The translations under genes and the position numbers were made by a program. A stretch of DNA of 63,957 nucleotides, counting the filler, from Choristocarpus tenellus KU-1152 (lineage: Eukaryota; Protista; Phaeophyceae), in assembly GCA_964200185.2 (NCBI GenBank). It is 11 parts of 11 records of this genome, joined end to end, with 100 filler letters (N's around TTAATTAATTAA, not from the genome) between each part and the next. Parts side by side here need not be neighbours in the genome. Positions count along the whole stretch, not along the records: positions 8,017 to 33,748 come from CAXNAD020000179.1; 10 more parts are not named here. One strand, given 5' to 3'. Of the stretch, positions 14,301 to 29,300 are shown piece by piece (the stretch's first letter is position 1; each line of letters opens with the position of its first letter). The notes under the pieces are model-generated. The model saw nothing but the letters and a program-made list of their open reading frames with translations, was not told where the DNA came from and made no database searches.

Positions 14301-17300
14301 TTGGTGGGTAATGTGGAAGCTGTCTTCTCTTAGCTTCCAATAAGCAGCCTTAAAGAGAACAGAAAAAGTGCATTTAGGACATGGGCTGATACACTACCAT
14401 AGCACTGAGAGTATGGTAGGACAACAAATACACTGTGAGGATGCAGCAATTGCAGGAACAATAGCAACAACTGTATTTTAAATTCCTGATGGAACCAACA
14501 TTGAGATGTCCAGATAAAGGAAACAAAACCTTAACATCGAGAAAACAGAATATCTGAACCGGTCACATCTCATTACACACCTCCTATAGATCCTCCGTGG
14601 TCTAGCACTTTCAGTAGATCAACCTCCAAACCCGGTAGTTGCAGATTCAATCTCAAGGGAGTGGTTACACCATCGTCCCCATATTTGAAGCGTATCATGT
14701 GATGTTTGTTCACAGAGAGACTTGGGAAGGCGCACGCAGCACATGGATCACAAACCAGGAACACATTGAGTCCTGCCCGATTGCTGGTTGTTCTTGACTT
14801 CATTGCTGGGGGATGGCCTTGGACCTTTGCAACAATACGTTCATTTCAAAAGGAGTGAGAAGGGTGTGTTACATACACAAGGCTTTTTAGGGTGGAATGC
14901 ATCGACTAACCGAAAGTGTATTCAGGCAATATGCTCCCGCACTCAAACACAAACATTATATATTATGTCAAGTGCATGAGTCGCAATATGATGCCTAGGA
15001 TCCCCCTTGACTTCATATCTCCTACAACAGGAACAATCAAAGAGTGCTATAGAGCAGATAGGGAAAATGTAGGCTCTTTATATGGTTAGAAATTGAGGTA
15101 GGATTGAGGATAATGTCAAATACAGGTTATTATTGGGATGAAGGGAATGATGGAGGACAGGGTTAAATATGATGGAAGTAGCAACCTTGAACGTAGGAAT
15201 GAAAATATGGTCTTATTGGTAGATCCCTAGAAGGTTGGGATCACAAACGCTAGGCCATTAAGACTTGAGTTTGGTACATGAGAAATCAGCATGTTCTCTC
15301 AAGCTTCTTGGGTTTCGATTTGGGATAAGATTTGCACATAGAGGGTACACTCAACTTGCCTTGGTGTGGAGACAGGGGCGGCAAACAAAATTCGCACATG
15401 CCCCACATCGATGCTGGGCAACTATGTCACTGAAGGCCTTTCCACAAGACGAGCATGACGCGCAAGACTCAGCTGCCCCATTGTGGGGCGAAACCAGAGG
15501 AGAGAAAGGAATCGATGATGTTCGCTCCCCAGTTTCCATCCCAAATCCATCTGATAGTCCTGTTGTCCCTGACCTATTCCATGCCTTCACCCCTGACCTG
15601 CCCTGTGCATCTAGACCAAGCCACTTGTCCAGGTCTCTCAAGGGAAAACTGTCTGATGCTTTTCCATGAAAGCCTGCCGCTAGGATATTGTTGCCCCCCA
15701 CAACACTTAGGAGAGCCTCCAGGCTAGCAGGTGTAACTTGTAATTTCAACTTTGGAAGGGACAGACAAAGCTCCATTTTCTGGTCTTGTGGAAGATCCAG
15801 ATCACTGCTGCTCTCTTCGGGAGAACTGCATTCACTCATCTCTCCACCATCATTCACAGGACTACTATCGATATATTCACCAGCCTTGCCACTCCCACTC
15901 CCACTTCCATCACTACCACTGGCATCCCCTTTCCTCCAATGCACAGAGCTTTCATGCTTCTCACCTTTCACTTGTATATCTACAACATCAACCACAGTCC
16001 CACCACTACCACAACGTGGTTCTGTAGCACAGTCCTCTATTTTCTCACAACTTGGCTCAGTCAATGAAGTTCCAGATTTGACTCCTAAGGTATTCAGTCT
16101 TCTCACCTCTAGGAGTAAGTCCACTGGCTCTTTTAAGTATGTCGCACTAGTCCATCGTCCTTCGCTCCCTAAATCTGAGTGGGCCTTTCTGACATTTAAC
16201 TCTGCATCCAATGTCTTGCCCTCAACAGCTGGTACCCTTGTTGTAGAAGACGTTGTCTGATGCTCCACCTCCAAAAACATTGATGATACTGGACTATCCT
16301 TTCTCATCTCCTTGATTTCCGTCATTCCTACATCATATGGGCTTGACCCTGCCCCGTAACTTTCCATTGGTGAGGAAATACTGATGGTGGTTTCCTTCCC
16401 AAGCAAGACCTCATGTTTTTCATGTGGCAAAAGAAGCATGTCTGAAGAGTAAGGTGGTGATGGTCGAGGAGAGTCAGGTGGCCCTTCAAATCTCATCCCC
16501 CTTTTCCGTGGGCTACCATCGTCAAAGAAGAGGTGTATCTGGGGTATATTCAGACACATATGTCGGGCCTCTGGACCGTTCTCAGAGCAGTTTTCAATAG
16601 CAGGAGGGGATGTCCTGCCATAGTTCCAATGTCATGCAGAAAATATGGAATAATAGGAGAAAGGGTTCAGACATGCAATGGTGGGAAGAGTTGGAAGGGG
16701 AGAGATTGGGTAGAGGTGTGGAGTTGGGAAAACATTGGAACAATAGCAAGACATCTCCTCAAGTCGTCATTTTGTGAGAAACACTCCTTTGTTGTAATAT
16801 CTGTATGAAGTAGTTGTCGAAAAATAATGTATTCTAGGGCTAGGCTGCTTGCTCTGATTGGTCCATAGCAGCATACATCATGGCTGAAACCCCTTCATCA
16901 CCTCCAAGATCACACATCTAAGTGTGAAGCTCATGTAAAGATTTTATAGCAACTTCAATCATCATTTATCACCGTCACAGAAGCGTAGTGCTACATGGGA
17001 CTTTGCGGAGTTAGCAATACAATTGGCCAGGACCTCATTGGGGCAAGCAACCAGCATGCCCAGACTCTTGGTCACGGCTGTGGGTCAGTCTGAAGAAATA
17101 ACTGAAAGCCCTTGATCAACCCGATTAGAACATATTGGTGCTGGGTCTCAGGGTGGCGCTGGGCATGTTTAAATATCTGATGACCTGCACTGGCAGCACT
17201 AACATTGACCAGGTTCCAGGGTGGTCTTGAACATGATAAAATAGTAGACGAACTTGGACCAACCCTTTTAGAATTTCTTTTTCAATGATCGGCCCAGCAA

Positions 17301-20300
17301 GATATACTTCACACATTGGCTATCTTGGCCAAAACAAATCAGGCCAACCTGCTAAGCTGTATGCTGTAGTAGGTAGAAATATGAATATCATGCAGCATAA
17401 AATCACAGTATAAATGTATGAAATACTCTAAAACAGAGAATTATCCATGACCTTTGAATTTTACATGCAATCTCACTTGACATGTTTGGGGTATCAACAC
17501 TTCATTCTCCACCAGAATAGCATCACTCTCCTAGAATTTCTACATCCCTCCCTTTTAACATGTTTAGTGGGATCAGACCTGTCATTTGCACCACCTGTCC
17601 ACGTCCTGTATTGCAGTAACCTAGGCTCCAGTCTGATATGTTTACGAGCAGACAAGCTCCCAGGTAGTGCCACCACAGGTGATGTGATTGAAATTTCTAT
17701 CATGGAAACACTGCGCAGTAAATCTGGAGTGGCCCTTCCCCCACTCCCACCTGTGTCAACTTCAACACCATTTGCACAGCTTGGAGTGCTCACATCGTTA
17801 TTCCAATCTTCAGGCCATATACCCCACACAGCTTCCCCAAGTAGTCCTTCCCAAAGGTAGTCCACCACCTCAAGCCATAAGGGTTGTACATACACCACTC
17901 GGCACTGGGACACAGAGAGGAATAGCGAAGATGTCTCCCAAGGCACGCAATGCACATTGCCTTTCCATTCATCCTCAGAACTTGCCCCCTCCTTTCCCTC
18001 GCAGAGCATTGAGCACAGTGATTCTTCTTGGGCATTCCTGTGGTCTCGCCCTTCGGATTGGACACTGCATGGACTACTGCCTATGCCCCACGTCTTATTG
18101 TAGGTGAAGAACAGGGATACGGATTTACCTCCATCTGGATGTGATGTCTCTTCTCCTGGCTCAGAACTTGCGACATTTGGTATTGGCCCAACCACCTCGC
18201 GGAAGTGGATATTGGAGAGGCAGGGGTCCATAGCACCAAACCCTGAGAGTGATCCACTCCACACCGTCTTCCCTAGGAGTAGGAATATGAGGAGGGGAAT
18301 ATGAAAGAACTTGGCATTACAACATGTGTTTCACATGAATATCTACAGAGTACGTATGTGTCCAAGTGTAGGTGTGAACGGGTGAAATCTTTTCATCCCT
18401 GCATAGGTGTATCTTTGTGTTCATGTACGAGGAGGGCAGTTGAACATAGTCAATGATTGAAATATACTTCCTAAAAAAACACAAGGGATGGGACAAACGG
18501 ATCATAACAATATGTAACATAGCAAGGAGGCTAGATATCTAATGATAGAATTCTCGGGTTTTTACTCTATCAAAGAGGCATGCTATCTCAACCACAGGCA
18601 ATAACTACCACCCCTTGAAGTTGAAGATTGTCAATTCTTGAAACACACGTACTAAAAAATGCAAGGGCTGAGACAAATGTATCATTACAGTGCATAACAT
18701 ACCAACGAGGCTGGAAATCAAATGATAGAAGTTTCTATTGTATCAAAAGTGACATCCTATCTCAATCACAGGCATTAACTATCCACCTCTTCATCCAGTG
18801 TAGAAACTCTTGTTCCTTTGGTTTAAGTCTCTTGTGAACATAGATATCTAACATTACCCTTCAGCACTTGAAATTCCCTCCCTACCCTTTTTTTTCCCTT
18901 TAGCCACTATGTCACCTGTTTTACAAAGGGGGGTGCACTTTAAAACCATACGGCATGAAGTACTACAACGACATTGCACCATTTAGGGGGCTCAATGATT
19001 TGGATACACTAGGAGGCTGCAGTAAATACATTCTTAGGCTGGTACAGTAAAACGTCTGATCTGGTCTCCAGAGAAACAAAGAAATATGATTGGAATTGCC
19101 CTAAACAATACGCTGCTACTGTGATAATCAATGAATGCAATCTACATATTTTAAAGCTAATCCTGCTGGCACTCCATCTATATCACCAAAGCCGAGATCA
19201 CACTTGTTCCACATAGCTGTGGCAAACGCCAGCAGCAGTAACATTTTCCACCATTTAATTCACTCATCAAACCAAGAAAATAGTGGCTATTGTACAGCAC
19301 AAGCGAATCAATGTGCGCCCCATCCTAGTTTGAAATCACTCACAGTATTAAAACAAAAGAGCAACATCAAAGGGAAAGGTATGAAGCAAGGACCATAGTG
19401 TGGATGGTTACCTTTTCCCCAGCTGCACCTCTCGTTGTCGACGCTCAGAGTTAGGGAGGAGGCGATGGCATTAAGAAGGCATGTACCTTCCCTCTCCTTG
19501 TTTAACCTCAACTGAAAAAAAAAGAGAATCAAAAGATGTGTGGTAGGTTCTCGATAGGCTCAGGGTGCTCAGCAAAGTATGTAGAATGTGGAATCTCGAC
19601 TATACCCAACGGATTGACTAACCTATTGCATTGACTGCTTGAAATGCCTGCTGTAAAATAGAATCTACCTCATTGGTTTACTCCTTCTTGGTTGCTTTCT
19701 GTCCTCTTCCTCACCTCCTCCACATTCACCCAGAACATTTAATTTTGAACCATGGACAACACTACAGTGGCATCCTATTACATCCACTTCAGATTTGGAA
19801 ACCCCCCAACAACCTAAGCAATGGTGCAATAAACATCGCAAATTATCTTCCCGAAGTGAGATATGCACTATCAGATCACATGGTGAGGTATTGGGGCAGA
19901 AGTTTGTCGTGGTGGGCATGGCATTTATCATCAGATTTTCCAATGCTAAATTCACACTAACCATTGCTTTGCTCCAAATCCACAAAGCAATTCCCTCCTC
20001 CTAACCCTCATGCTGCCAAAATTTGCACGGTTGAAATACTTCCTCAATCTACCCCCAACAGTACCTTGTTCACAACATTCAGAGCACAATATACTCGGAG
20101 TATTACGTTCCAAAACACAAAGGATGAGTAGCCTATTTTTCAACACAGTCCAGACCTTCAAATATAACTCATCTTACGTAAACGATTCTGAGGAATCCAA
20201 CCAAAATCCGTTTTGAAATCGGAGGCCATCCTGAAGAGGTACATGCATAAAGGAACAGACTTATGGGACAGAATACTTCAAAATGTAAAATGAACAAAAG

Positions 20301-23300
20301 GAAACATAGTTAAGAGGTGGTTTCACAACCTCACCTCCAAATATCACAAAACATCAACACTCAAGTTAAACACTAACCTCAACTCCATCCCGAGCTTCCA
20401 CATGCAGCCTCAGCGCATGTTCCAATCCTTGTTTCACTCCGTTATCATTCTGGGATGGATAATTGGTTCTTTCTTTTTCATTGGCCTTATCTTGTTGAGA
20501 TGACATCTTGCATGGTTGGCAAGCTGATAAAAGGGCAACATTTAGGCTCCATAAGGCAGCCACAGTAGATGGATTCCAATTCAACTGAATTTGTCCTAAA
20601 GCAACTGAAATTTCTGAAGAGGAGAAAGATATGGAGCCTTTGGAGTTCATATGTCGGTTACGCTCGTGATCCTGGTCATGATGTTGCAGAGGTCCATGCT
20701 CAGCTTCAAAATGAGGAAACAGCAACTTGTGAGATATGGTGCGGCTGAAGTCAACCTTCATAGCAAATGTCGATTGATCGTTGGCGACAAATGTCACACC
20801 ATCCGCAGTCGTGGGCACTGTCCCAATGCCACTGACCCCCCCCCCTTCTTCCCCTGACCTTGCCCTAGCCACTTCATCCATCTCCCGATGTAGCAGGTCC
20901 TCTTGTGTCACCCCTTCCTTCCGAGGACTCACAACTAGAAGCTCATGAAAAGGAGTGCGGCCAGGTGAAGACTGCAGGAGGTCCACAACCCTAAGTGTTG
21001 ACAGCCAGCATACAGCACTTGTAACCTCTCTACTACGTTTTTCACCATTCTTTCCTTTTCTGTTTTCTCCGTGATAAGTCTTGTTGCCCTGAGAAAGCTC
21101 AAAACCCCACTTGCCTGCCTGTACCATAACAACCTCCTGTGAATGGCGGGAAGGAACCTTCCCCAGCTCATTGTCAGTAGTCTCTGTCGAAGTCCTACCA
21201 GTAGTATTTCGGACACGCTTTCTATCTCCTGTTCCCTCTCGAGGCTGCCAAGCTCCCCCGTCATCTTTTTCATCCACCATTTTATCTACAACACCGATTG
21301 GACCCATCTCCACCTCTCCTTGACTGGGCAGGGAATCATCAGTAACGCTGGGTTGGTCACGGTTGCTATGGCCTCCACATCTTGATGGAGGCTTGACAAA
21401 GTGCAATTCCGAGTCATCCTCAAGTATCAGTGTGAGGCTCTCGCCAGAGAGGCTCACCTCCAGAGGGATAACCTCTGATACCTCTCCACAACCGTATTCT
21501 GCACCTATATCCTTGCTTTTATCTTCCACCCTTTTGTGAAGTTCCCTGATATGTCTTTCTCCATTATTCGTTGTGTTGGCTGTGGGTTTTTCCATGTCTC
21601 TCAATGTTGTAGATACTGCAGACAGGTCAGAGGGGCGTAGAACAAGTTTTACAGGTGCCCAGCCTTGACATGTGACACTGCATATTCCCCTTGATCCCAA
21701 TTCCTCCTCCTTTCCATCATGTCCGTTCTTTCCCCCTTGAGACAGTATTGGATCTCTCCTTAAGCCATTGCTGGATACATAAAGAATTTGACCAGCAGTC
21801 CGTCCCAAAACCTTTCGCCACGTGCAAGTATTTGATCTTTCCCAGCCTTGGGAGTGAGGAAGTTCAGCGAGAGAAAACACCTCCAGACAGCTGACATTGC
21901 ATCCAATGAGGGTGGCTGCGGGATCAGCTGCTGTTGGCAATAAAGACATGCTGGCAAGGCACAAGCAATACATGCAAAGTCAGTTGTCAATTTCTGAGTC
22001 AAACTATGAAAATATATTATGGGTTGGGAGAATCAGGGAGATCATGGTCAGTACTACAATGACTAGAAGTGTTAACTTGAATGAAAGTGTGGGTCACCTG
22101 TTGAAGAAAGTGCATGTGAGAATGACCCCACTCAAAGAGTGTCTAGCTTCACCAAAAAGATTAGCGGTCAATACTCATGTCCTAAGGAGTAAGATTCCCT
22201 AGATGGTGCTATGGTATGGAATACAGACAAACACAATAGATACTACGGATAAAATGAACTGCTGTAAGGATACATCATGGAAAAACTGTTTCAGTCAACA
22301 AGGGAATGGGAAATGCTTGCTCCCCCAACACCAAAAAGCTCTACCAAACACGTCCAGACCAACCTCTTTGTTACTGCCTTCATGACTGAATGCTCTTCCA
22401 TGAAGAACGGGGTGGTCAGGCGCAGGGACATGGACGCACGAAGTGCCACAGAAGTTCCAGAATCCTCACACAGGTTGCTTCCATCCCTACACACATTCTC
22501 ATATTTATCCATGCCGGCTGCACCCTTTGGATCCTGGGGCTGTAGCACAACACTGACGTCCTCCAACACCACATTGACCATGTAACTATGATCTGAAATA
22601 GAGGTCTCACTCCTGTCTGCATCTTGCCCCTCATCTCTTGTCATTGGCTTCATCTGTTCCCCATCCAACACACCTTTGTGTTGGTGGTCGAGTTTGCCGT
22701 TGGAATCATCAGTGGTGTGGTTATCCCCCTTGGTTGAGGCCCAAGTATTCCAAGCTTCCCACCCGCTAGGACAATATCGGATTGCACCTCCCCTGATCTC
22801 TAGGTTATCAACCTTGCCACCATCTGGCCATCGATGCCGTTCCCAGGAAAACGAATGTCGACTCTTGCACCCTACCATTTCCTTTGTCCTCAGTTCAGCA
22901 ATAGAATCTTGATGTGACCTGACTCTACCCTGATGCTGGTTCTGGTAATGGCTGTGGAGACAATGATATAGGTCAAGACGTTTAACAGGATCTGGATCAT
23001 TATTGTCACCAAAGGTTTGTCCAAGGTCCAGACTGTCCCCAAGTAAGATTCTACTGCCTCTGCCAGCCACTGCTTGCGTCATTAACGGGTGTTCAAGATC
23101 AATGGACATGCAATTTCTCCAGTTCTTGCACCTGATGAGTTGTCAATATGTTTTGAAGGGGACAGCAGATGGGCGGAAGTGTAATGGGACAGGTGGTTCA
23201 ACATTTGGAGGTACAGATGGAGAAAAAAGGAAACAATCAACAGAGGTACAAGCGTGTGATTTATGGAGTGGCATACCAAAGGGACCTGCGGTAGCTGATG

Positions 23301-26300
23301 TATACCTTCCCAAAGTAGCAGGTAAAGCAGCCCAAGCAACCAACACCACCAACACTTTCTCCTGAATACTGATTTTTCATTGTTGAACTCCCTTTGGGCT
23401 GGGTTTTTTTGTGTCCTCTTTTTGGTATGACTAAAGTCTCGCAAGTGCTGTTGAATTATACCAGCTGGGTTCACTTTGTTACACTCAGAGATACACAGGG
23501 TTCTCCCTTCTTTTTTTCTTTCTTTCCATTGCTTTCCTCTTTTTCTATACTTGTATTCATCAAGCAGTGCAAATTGCCTTCCTCTGACTAACCTTCAACA
23601 TTGGGTCTAGACCCTTCAATCCAATGTGATAAATAATAACAGAAATAGTATTAGTAACTGTATTGATGAGGAATAATGAATATATTTAGATACCTGAATA
23701 ATTCAATGGAAAGGAGATAGATGGCCGCAGCAACAGAAAATGTCACTAACCACAAAACTAGCAATGAATAATGTATTACCAACATCAGAAGTATCAAAAC
23801 CAGTCCCAACATTGAACGGTCGGTCATCACTACAAAGTTGGTGATAAACAGGACGTGCCTCTAATGTACCCACCTGGTCATTTTCCACTTCAACAGATCA
23901 GCTGAGATACTCCCCAAGGGAGCAAAGGTAGCGTCTGCGTATCTGCACCGCTCAAGGCTAAGCTTGCCCACAGAAGAAGTAGACTGGTTCCCAGGGTTGA
24001 CAGAAAAGGCGCATTTGTTGGCAACAGAATCTGAATCAGCTCTCCCAATTTTGTCCTCAGAGATCCCACCAAATGATGTTGCAACCACAGGCTTGGATGG
24101 ACTTGAAAAGCTTGATCTTGGCACCTTTCCACTTTGCGAATTGGACTTCAGTGGTGTAGAGGACACGTCTGTAACTGTCTTGTTCAGGGCAGTCACAATC
24201 AGATTGTGAAAGGAGAGAGTGACGTCGAAGGAAGTGGCCACCTTATTCGCCTTCTCATACGGGAACTCCACAAGCTGTCTCCCAGTAGGGGAAGGGAGGT
24301 GACAAGGGGGGAACACTATGTGAGTTGCCCAACACTGCTGCCGTTGTTGGATGACAATGAGTAAAAGATTATTTGAGTTAACTTAGATTTTCTTCGTACT
24401 CTTGCTTTGCACTTTGATTCCAATCACAATAAAAGAAATTGTAAATTGGGGTAGTTCGCTGAAGAAATAGGTGTAGTGTATCAGTTAGGGAAAAAACCAA
24501 GGGGGGGAAATTTTGTTCCAAATAAAAGGTTTTGGACATTGATTCGCAATGCCCTTTACTTCTTGCAAATATAGTTTTTTTTCTGTATCCCCGCAACATA
24601 AGGCACCTTAGGACAAAACTCCACAACGACAAGCAGAAAAATAAATTCATGCACCACAGTAGACTGTCTTCTACAGTGGTTGGTCTGACTGGTGTTGACA
24701 GGTTTCAGGATCATTCGAAATCGGGGAAAAATGCTATCTTTTGTATCATTGTTTCGGTGTGTATCACCGAATGTTTTGACTGTAGAACTCTCGGAAGGAT
24801 CTGAATAAATTGAGTAATACTGCCATGATTTCGAGGAATATGTCTCTTACCTCATTTTCCCAATATAACACATTATTCTATCGAGTACCTCGGAATGTTT
24901 TATTCTGGACTACTCCAAGTACTCATCTTCAATGTTTATGCATTACAAATAGAGACAAGCCTGGCTGTGCTATAATATCAGACATACCTGTCTCCTGTTC
25001 AAACCATGGCAAGGGTGGCAAGGGTCCATCCAACCCTCAACCTGATGAGGCACCTCACCCGCAATATTATTGCTCATTACCTAAACATTAGCGTTGGAGT
25101 TAATTTCTACATCAGTTCATTTTCCTCTGGGAAAGCGAAATATATTAACAAAACTCTATGCAGTCTGGTTCAGACGAGGTCAGTGCTGCAGCAACATAAT
25201 GTAGTAAATGTATAATTTGGAAAAATCACCATGGCAAGACCAGCTTGAAAAAAAATTGCAGATAAGTCAATCCTCCTGGCAAAACAGAGTATCAAGCAAA
25301 GATGAACAGACTCAGCATTATTGTCATGAAAAAACTCAGAGAAGGGCTGCTCTTATTCGGAACAAAATCAACATGTTCATTGCTGTGACACTCATAATAA
25401 CACACAGGATAGTAATTTCATTCCTGGAGTCATTAAGGCGTGACTCAAAAGCAAATTGCCACGTCTACGGTAACCCATTGCAGTTTTAAACCGGTACAAT
25501 AGGAGGAGGCAATCTCTGACTGTCCATGAAATTGCCTATTCAGATGTCCACAAGAATAACCAACTTGAAAATTGTGCAAGAGATGTTGAAGTTTAGCCGG
25601 CAACTACTTCAATTGACACGACTTGATACCAACAACAACATAAACGACAAATTTCAGTTACAAAATAATTCATTGGGTGACAGGGTCCATCACACACCTG
25701 ACAAGCTATAATATAGTCTTCCTGCGGTAACTCCACTGAAACACTCAATATGTTGCCAATTATCATGTAAGTAAAGTCTTCTAGGCGAGCCCTCCCTGGA
25801 ATAGAACACCAGTATGCCTGTGAACAAGAGACAGGATCAGGGGTGATATACTTCAAGGCTGAATTTGATTATTGTAGAACTTAGCAAACTTGGAAGGGAA
25901 CCCAAAGGCCCTACAAAAAATCGCAAAACAAACTGGGTACACTACTATATAGTGCGATTTGTAGGGGTATTCCAACAAGGAAACGTCTCCCCAGTCAAGC
26001 ATCATATATACATGGTTGCACATCAGGGACAACCAACACAAACTAGGGCAAATATTGAGCTGAATAAATACGTATACACATTTCCAAACAAGAAAAAGAA
26101 ATATAGCCATAGACATATGTCAGCAGCCCGCTGGGTTTTATGACAACTAGCTGCAAAAAATTATTGGGAGATTAGGGGGTTGGTACGCTGTAATATATAT
26201 CCATGACATTATAAGCAGAAAACGCCATACTGCCGCGGTTTCACATACTCCAGATTATATTTCCCTCAGTCACAGAGATCTAACACTTTAAAAAACAGAG

Positions 26301-29300
26301 CTACAAGGTTGTACATGCAAGCAAAATTCCAGTCTGCCTTAAAGACAAAAAATGCAACACCTACCTGATTTAGCATACTCTTCTAGAAGACCAGGAACAC
26401 TCACTTTTTTCGCTCTGTCCCCTTTCAATTGCGGAGTGCTCTGAGCATATATCAATGCAAAATGTTGTCCTACTGCTACAAAAAAAGAAGGTAGCCATTT
26501 TTTTTGTTCTGAGTTAGTAGAATTAATTATGCACAAGCAGACACCTGGTTGCATAATAAGAAAATATTGTCACTTACCCTGAAGACTAATGCTGTTTCAT
26601 AAAAGCTGGAAAACTGTGGACTGCACCAACTCATGAACCTTACTCACACCAACATCTGCAAGATGCATTTCTCCAGCATTACGTCGTATTTTGTTGAAGG
26701 TTCATATTCAGAACTTACAATAGAAACACCAGACTGCAGAGGAAGGCAGATATTCACGAACGCTACAGCACAATGTTTTCATTGTCCTAGTTCACTCAAA
26801 GCTGTTTTTTTCTGGGATGCTTGGTGTCAAACACCACTGAGTAACTGAGTACTCATGAGTAGGTGTGATCATTTTTCCACTCACAATGTATTTCACATAA
26901 TGTAGTCCACAATTTCAACCAATCGAATATCAGTCTGAGTGTAGGGTCTAGGTACACCATCAGAATGAATAAAAATACAACACAGGATGCATATTCTTGT
27001 TCACATCTAAACACCAACATGTGAATGGTCCAGTTATCAAATGCAAAATTGCACTTCATCTCATGCGAGATCAATTCAGCAAACATACATAGCTCAGATG
27101 CATCCACCCCACTGCAACCTCCTGGGCTATCAAACTGTCCAACCATTGTTATAGCCTATTTCTCTACTCTTGAATCCTCTGTGTCAATTTTGTATTTCCT
27201 TTCTTGCATCATGTCACACTCTTTCAATGAGCTGTCAAAAAATAGAATTACTGCGCAACCATAACAAATATGGAGCCCTCCTGTTCTACCCCTAAAACTC
27301 AGTCATTACAGTGCTGAGAGCGAGAGAATGCCAAACCTCACCTCCAAGTCCAAAGATGTAGGCTCAGGTGCAGCAGAGGCCTCTCCCACTTCCGGAAAAG
27401 CTTTAAGAACAGGCCCAGTCCTCGCTGCCGCCTCTACTTCCACCCTTCCCTTCAGTGGGGTTGCCACCAGGTCTGAGAGAGGAGTCAAAGGTTGATTGGG
27501 TGAAGTTGTGGTGGCCGTCTTGCTAGACCAAGTTCTGGACAAATTGGAGGCAAATTCCAGTCCTGCACCATGTATTGACCAAATGTGACACATCTCCATC
27601 CGTGATTCCTTTCCCATCCCCACAGGGCGATTCTGGAAGCTGTTTAAAAGGTGGGAGATGCAAGCAATGAAAAAAAATAAGAAAGTAAAGGGGTCAAGAT
27701 AGAGTTTCGGTTAGGGCTAGAGAGCTGCAGCAAGAGAGACAAGGCACAGAGGTGACACAGCAAAAAATCTAGGTCTAAGATTTCAGTCAGATCTGGTGCA
27801 GAGGTTGGGATGTTTGGGTCAAGTGAGGTACTACTTTGGCTAGAATAAGAAAATTTCAATCTGTAAGAGCATATGACATCTGCACACAAGGTATGGTAGG
27901 AGTGTGTGCAAAATTGTGACAGCTACAGTGAGGGATATAACCTGTGCAGGTCAGAGAGAGCATGAAAAATATTGCAGCCCCAATTTGATGTTCATGCAGT
28001 ACCAACTAATCTATAGATTCTTACACCATATGCAAAGGTTTGGTAGTAAACAAAAAGCTTTGAATCGCTTCCAAGCGGTAAAACGCCACCAAATACAAGA
28101 AATACATAGCCAGTCTAAAATGGAAAATAACTGGGAATGTAACATAATAGGGTCAAGCAGGAAAAAAAAGACATTCATAATACTCTGCGAGGTCCAACTG
28201 CTCACAACCTGCAATTGTGAACAGAAACGTCTTGCAAGACTAGAACTGTGCACATTTTGTGTAGCTGAGTCCATTACTTCTGACAGCATACCACCAAATA
28301 AATGATGTAAGAGGAAAACTTAACGAGCATTTCCGTCGAAGACATGTCTTGAGCCCCCTCTAAGCTAAAGAAAGGTAGATACCACTCTTCTCGGCATGAT
28401 GGCATCACACGATATCAGAGGAAATCCATCAATCTCCTAGTGGAAAAGTACCATCACAAAGAGTGTTGGCCTGTAGCTACATTCCACTTTGGAACGTCTT
28501 CACACACTCATTGGGATATCTCTTGCCAACCATGGTACAGAAAATATCTAGAAAATATGATTTAATCAATCCGGGATGTGTCATTTGGTGATGAGGAAAA
28601 ACAGCGGCCTTACATGTACTCTCCTAAAACACACACAACTAGTCCAGATTTCATGTAATCTTACTTCTGGAGCAGAATGTCACACAGTTCATCAGTATTT
28701 TCTCACTAAAATGCGTAAGGCATACATTGTTACCCTGATCACTTTTGACCATGACACTACAGAGCCTTAATATAATGGTAAGGCAAGTATCGTGACAAAG
28801 CTCAACAGCACGAATAACGGATTGAACCAGAGATCAACATGCCAAATTTACACCCCACTAGCAAATATATGTGTGGTTCGCCAAGTGACAAAACGCCCAT
28901 AACAAGTAAAATCTCAACTCTTCCCTTCAACATTGCTGTCGCCATAGCCCCCTTCCATCCTTTGCATTCCCTAAAATAATATTGAACAATTGTGGCAGCT
29001 GCTGCACATCGCCCGTGCACTTCTTGAACACTCCCTGAATACCGTTTCCCCTCCACTAATCTTAAAGCCTACATACAATTCAGCAAATAGAAGCAAGATA
29101 ATCACCTGTTCTCAGCCTCAATTTTATGCCCCGCAATAGATACCCAGTCCTTGGATGTGTGTCCTGCTGGTAGCACCACATCAGGGAGTTCCAACACCAC
29201 CCGAAGGCGCATTCGATCAGTCATATCTATGTCATCACCATCACACACACCACTAATGTTAGAGGTTTCTGAAGTGCCAGCAATTGGGGAAGAGAGTAAC

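Noticed and set aside
15688-16260. Plus-strand ORFs overlapping the large VPS13-like exons (also 31686-33348, 21111-21385, 17447-18107)
   Set aside because: Antisense shadows of long coding exons, with no motifs of their own.
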